A DNA stretch of 63,313 nucleotides, the filler included, from Nemertoderma westbladi (taxonomy: Eukaryota > Animalia > Xenacoelomorpha), in NCBI GenBank assembly GCA_032718475.1. It is 3 parts of 3 records of this genome, joined end to end, with 100 filler letters (N's around TTAATTAATTAA, not from the genome) between each part and the next. Parts side by side here need not be neighbours in the genome. Positions count along the whole stretch, not along the records: positions 32,757 to 63,313 come from JAUCBJ010000061.1; 2 more parts are not named here. One strand, given 5' to 3'. Position numbers and translations under genes: made by a program. The notes beneath the pieces are model-generated. The model searched no databases. It was not told the DNA's origin and saw only the letters and a list, made by a program, of their open reading frames with translations. Of the stretch, positions 60,993-63,313 are shown piece by piece; position 1 is the first letter of the stretch, and each line of letters starts with the position of its first letter.

Positions 60993-61230
60993 TTTGGGGC
61001 GAGCCACGAAGTTTACGTTAGCCTTTGGTAGCGGTCTAATTAGTGCACCGTCTGTCGTCGTTGGAAATGTTTGAAGTCAGTCAATCTTTGATGAAATGGA
61101 ACCAAATTTGGTACACATGTATTCTACCAAAAGTTTAGATATGCTACATGAAGACAGACTTCTATAATTCCCATGTCGGCCGCTAGGGGGAGTGACCCGG
61201 TCTACTAATTTTACTGCTACGCGGAATCTC
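60993..61230 (+). mobile_element. DINE/HINE-like element, second subfamily (related segment at about 18185-18510)
   Basis: GGGGCGAGCCACGAAG head, GATGAAATGGAACCAAA.TTGGTACAC core, CCGCTAGGGGG. Confidence 0.6.
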
Positions 61231-62015
61231 AGACCTCGCTCTTTGTGATTTATTTTAAAAATAGGCAATGTTTAGGAATATAAGCACCCTCGTATTTATA
61301 GGAATAACGTCCAATCTTTATTCCTGAAATGGCAGAAAGGCCGGTTAAATATCGGTTAAAAAGGCAATTTTATTGAATAAAAATATTATAGGCCTACATT
61401 TAATCAACCACTTCAATTATATTACGATGATCATGTACGGCCAGAAAATTACTATTATGTAAGAAATAAATTATGTAGTACATCCAAGGTAGAGTAGTAA
61501 TCACAATACAATTAATTGTTGGATACATACTGTACTGTAGGCTTACACATATGGTGGGAGGAGAGAACAACTACATTGCTATATAATCAGCTTTCATTCA
61601 CTAGCGAGCCATTCATTCTGTTGCGACCCCCTGCGGTTGTATATTATAGCTGATGTACTTCATCACCTTCAAATCTCTCATTCCGCCGCACATCTTAGAA
61701 AGATAATTAAATATGATTATCTACATATCAGATCTATTTAGGGTGACGCTTTAAAGTACTGTACAGGGAAACATAGGCGTATGAGGCGGGGGAGGGGGGC
61801 TGCAGCCCCCCCGCATATTCCCAATCCTTACACTAGTAGGAACACATATTGAATTGTAGCCTGGGGATTGGTTAATTAACTATTATTTGATTGGAAGTTG
61901 AAATCATGTAAGGAATGGAACGACGGGTCGAACTAGTGTAAGGGTTTTATACTCCAGTTGGCAGGTAGAAAGTGTTCCAAACGCTGTAAGGATTGAAGAA
62001 ATTGGGTGAAATCAT

Positions 62016-62220
62016 GTGGGGCGAGCCACGAAGTGAGTGAGCCTTAGCGTAGTGGTACCATTAATCAACCTGTCGTTCTGTCGTTCTGTCGTTCTGTCGT
62101 GTTCAATTTTAAACGTTAATAACTCGGCCAATCTTTGATGAAATCTATCCAAACTTGGTACACATGTTGTTTGGCAAAAGTTTAGAAATTTTCCAAGTAG
62201 AATTTCCGTGTGGCCTTCGA
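62016..62220 (+). mobile_element. DINE/HINE-like element
   Basis: Same family as 28110-28294, with about 4 copies of CTGTCGTT. Confidence 0.65.
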
Positions 62221-63024
62221 GAAGCTAAGATAATAGCAGTTAATTAGTTAATTAAGTTGATTGCGGTGAAAACGCCATTTTCAACCTGCCTTTTAAAGGA
62301 AATTAATTGTTTTACAGTATAAGATTTAAATAATTATACTTAAAAATTATACAGATATAATCCCCATACGCCATTCTATTATAGTTTTTAATTAGTTTAA
62401 GTGATTTGCTTTAATAAATGTGTCTTTAATTGATCTAAACGTAATTAAACCGCACAATTATTGAGTACAAATTTAATCCTTCCCATTATTGGTCAAGTCT
62501 CTGCTGGTGTGGAGCTAGCTGCTGGGAGTTGTGGCTGTAGACTAACCTGAGAGGAATTGTAATAGAGGCAACCAGTATTGCTATTCCAGCCCAATCACTG
62601 AATTGTGTTTATTATAGGCTGGACGGGCCGCCTAACCGTTCGACTATTACTACTATTGCTATCTCAGTTAAATGACAGATATAATAACATAAATACAATC
62701 CATGGCATGGCTGTTGTAGGCTTCTGAAATAGTTTATTCCACAATGTATATGTCTGGTTATTTTTTAATTGAATTTTTGCAAAGTAGTAAAATTAATGTT
62801 CTTAAAAATAATATTATTATTTTATATGTAACCTAGGAAATTAGCTACATTTTTTCGCTGCAGCTTTAAGAGTGTACATTGATTTAATATTATTTCAATA
62901 CCCATATTACTACATCGGCATAAGATGCGTTGGCGTTGTATCACACATCTCCACATATCACACATCTCCACATAGATGTATCAACAGTTACTCGCACAGT
63001 TTCGAAACTTCGCATAGTTATAAC

Positions 63025-63313
63025 TGTATAAAGATCGTCAGTCTGCGTTTAGGAAAAATATTTTATGACAAAACAGGACAAGCGACGAGCGCAACGAGGC
63101 ATATAATGAAGACGAGTACTGCGTTGACTAAATTATTATATAAACCACCTGGCTTCACATATTGATCGCATCCCTAGTTATTATTATTATAAAGATCGTC
63201 CTAGCCTGCGTTTAAGAAATATATTTAAATACAAAACAGGACGAACGCAAAGAGGCTTATAATGAAAACGAGTACTGCGTTTATTATATTCCTATAAACC
63301 ACCTGCCTTTGCA
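63025..63313. repeat. Diverged direct repeat with about 160-bp period at the window edge
   Basis: AAGATCGTC..CTGCGTTTA, ACAAAACAGGAC, ACGAGTACTGCGTT and TATAAACCACCTG each occur twice. Confidence 0.7.

Overview
AT-rich animal (invertebrate-like) genomic DNA made of three contigs joined by two artificial 100-bp N/TTAATTAATTAA linkers (17857-17956, 32657-32756). Host genes: an intronless, shortened CatSper-gamma-like gene (+, 963-3158); the first four exons of a Cys-less pentameric ligand-gated ion channel (-, 9126 to 4463; not in the ORF track), whose next intron appears to contain the CatSper-gamma gene; an intronless TMCO1 (-); and a probable secreted EGF-domain gene (-, exons at 60577-60655 and 46083-46205). 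The rest is mostly repeats: 23-bp and 47-bp satellites, RTE LINE fragments, a four-level nest of DNA transposons around an intact pogo/Tigger transposase, many MITEs, and a 13.5-kb BEL/Pao LTR element. That element carries an extra, decayed, non-env ORF of about 780 codons and is inserted in the EGF exon's splice acceptor. Protein family calls come from motif recognition by eye; no database searches were run.
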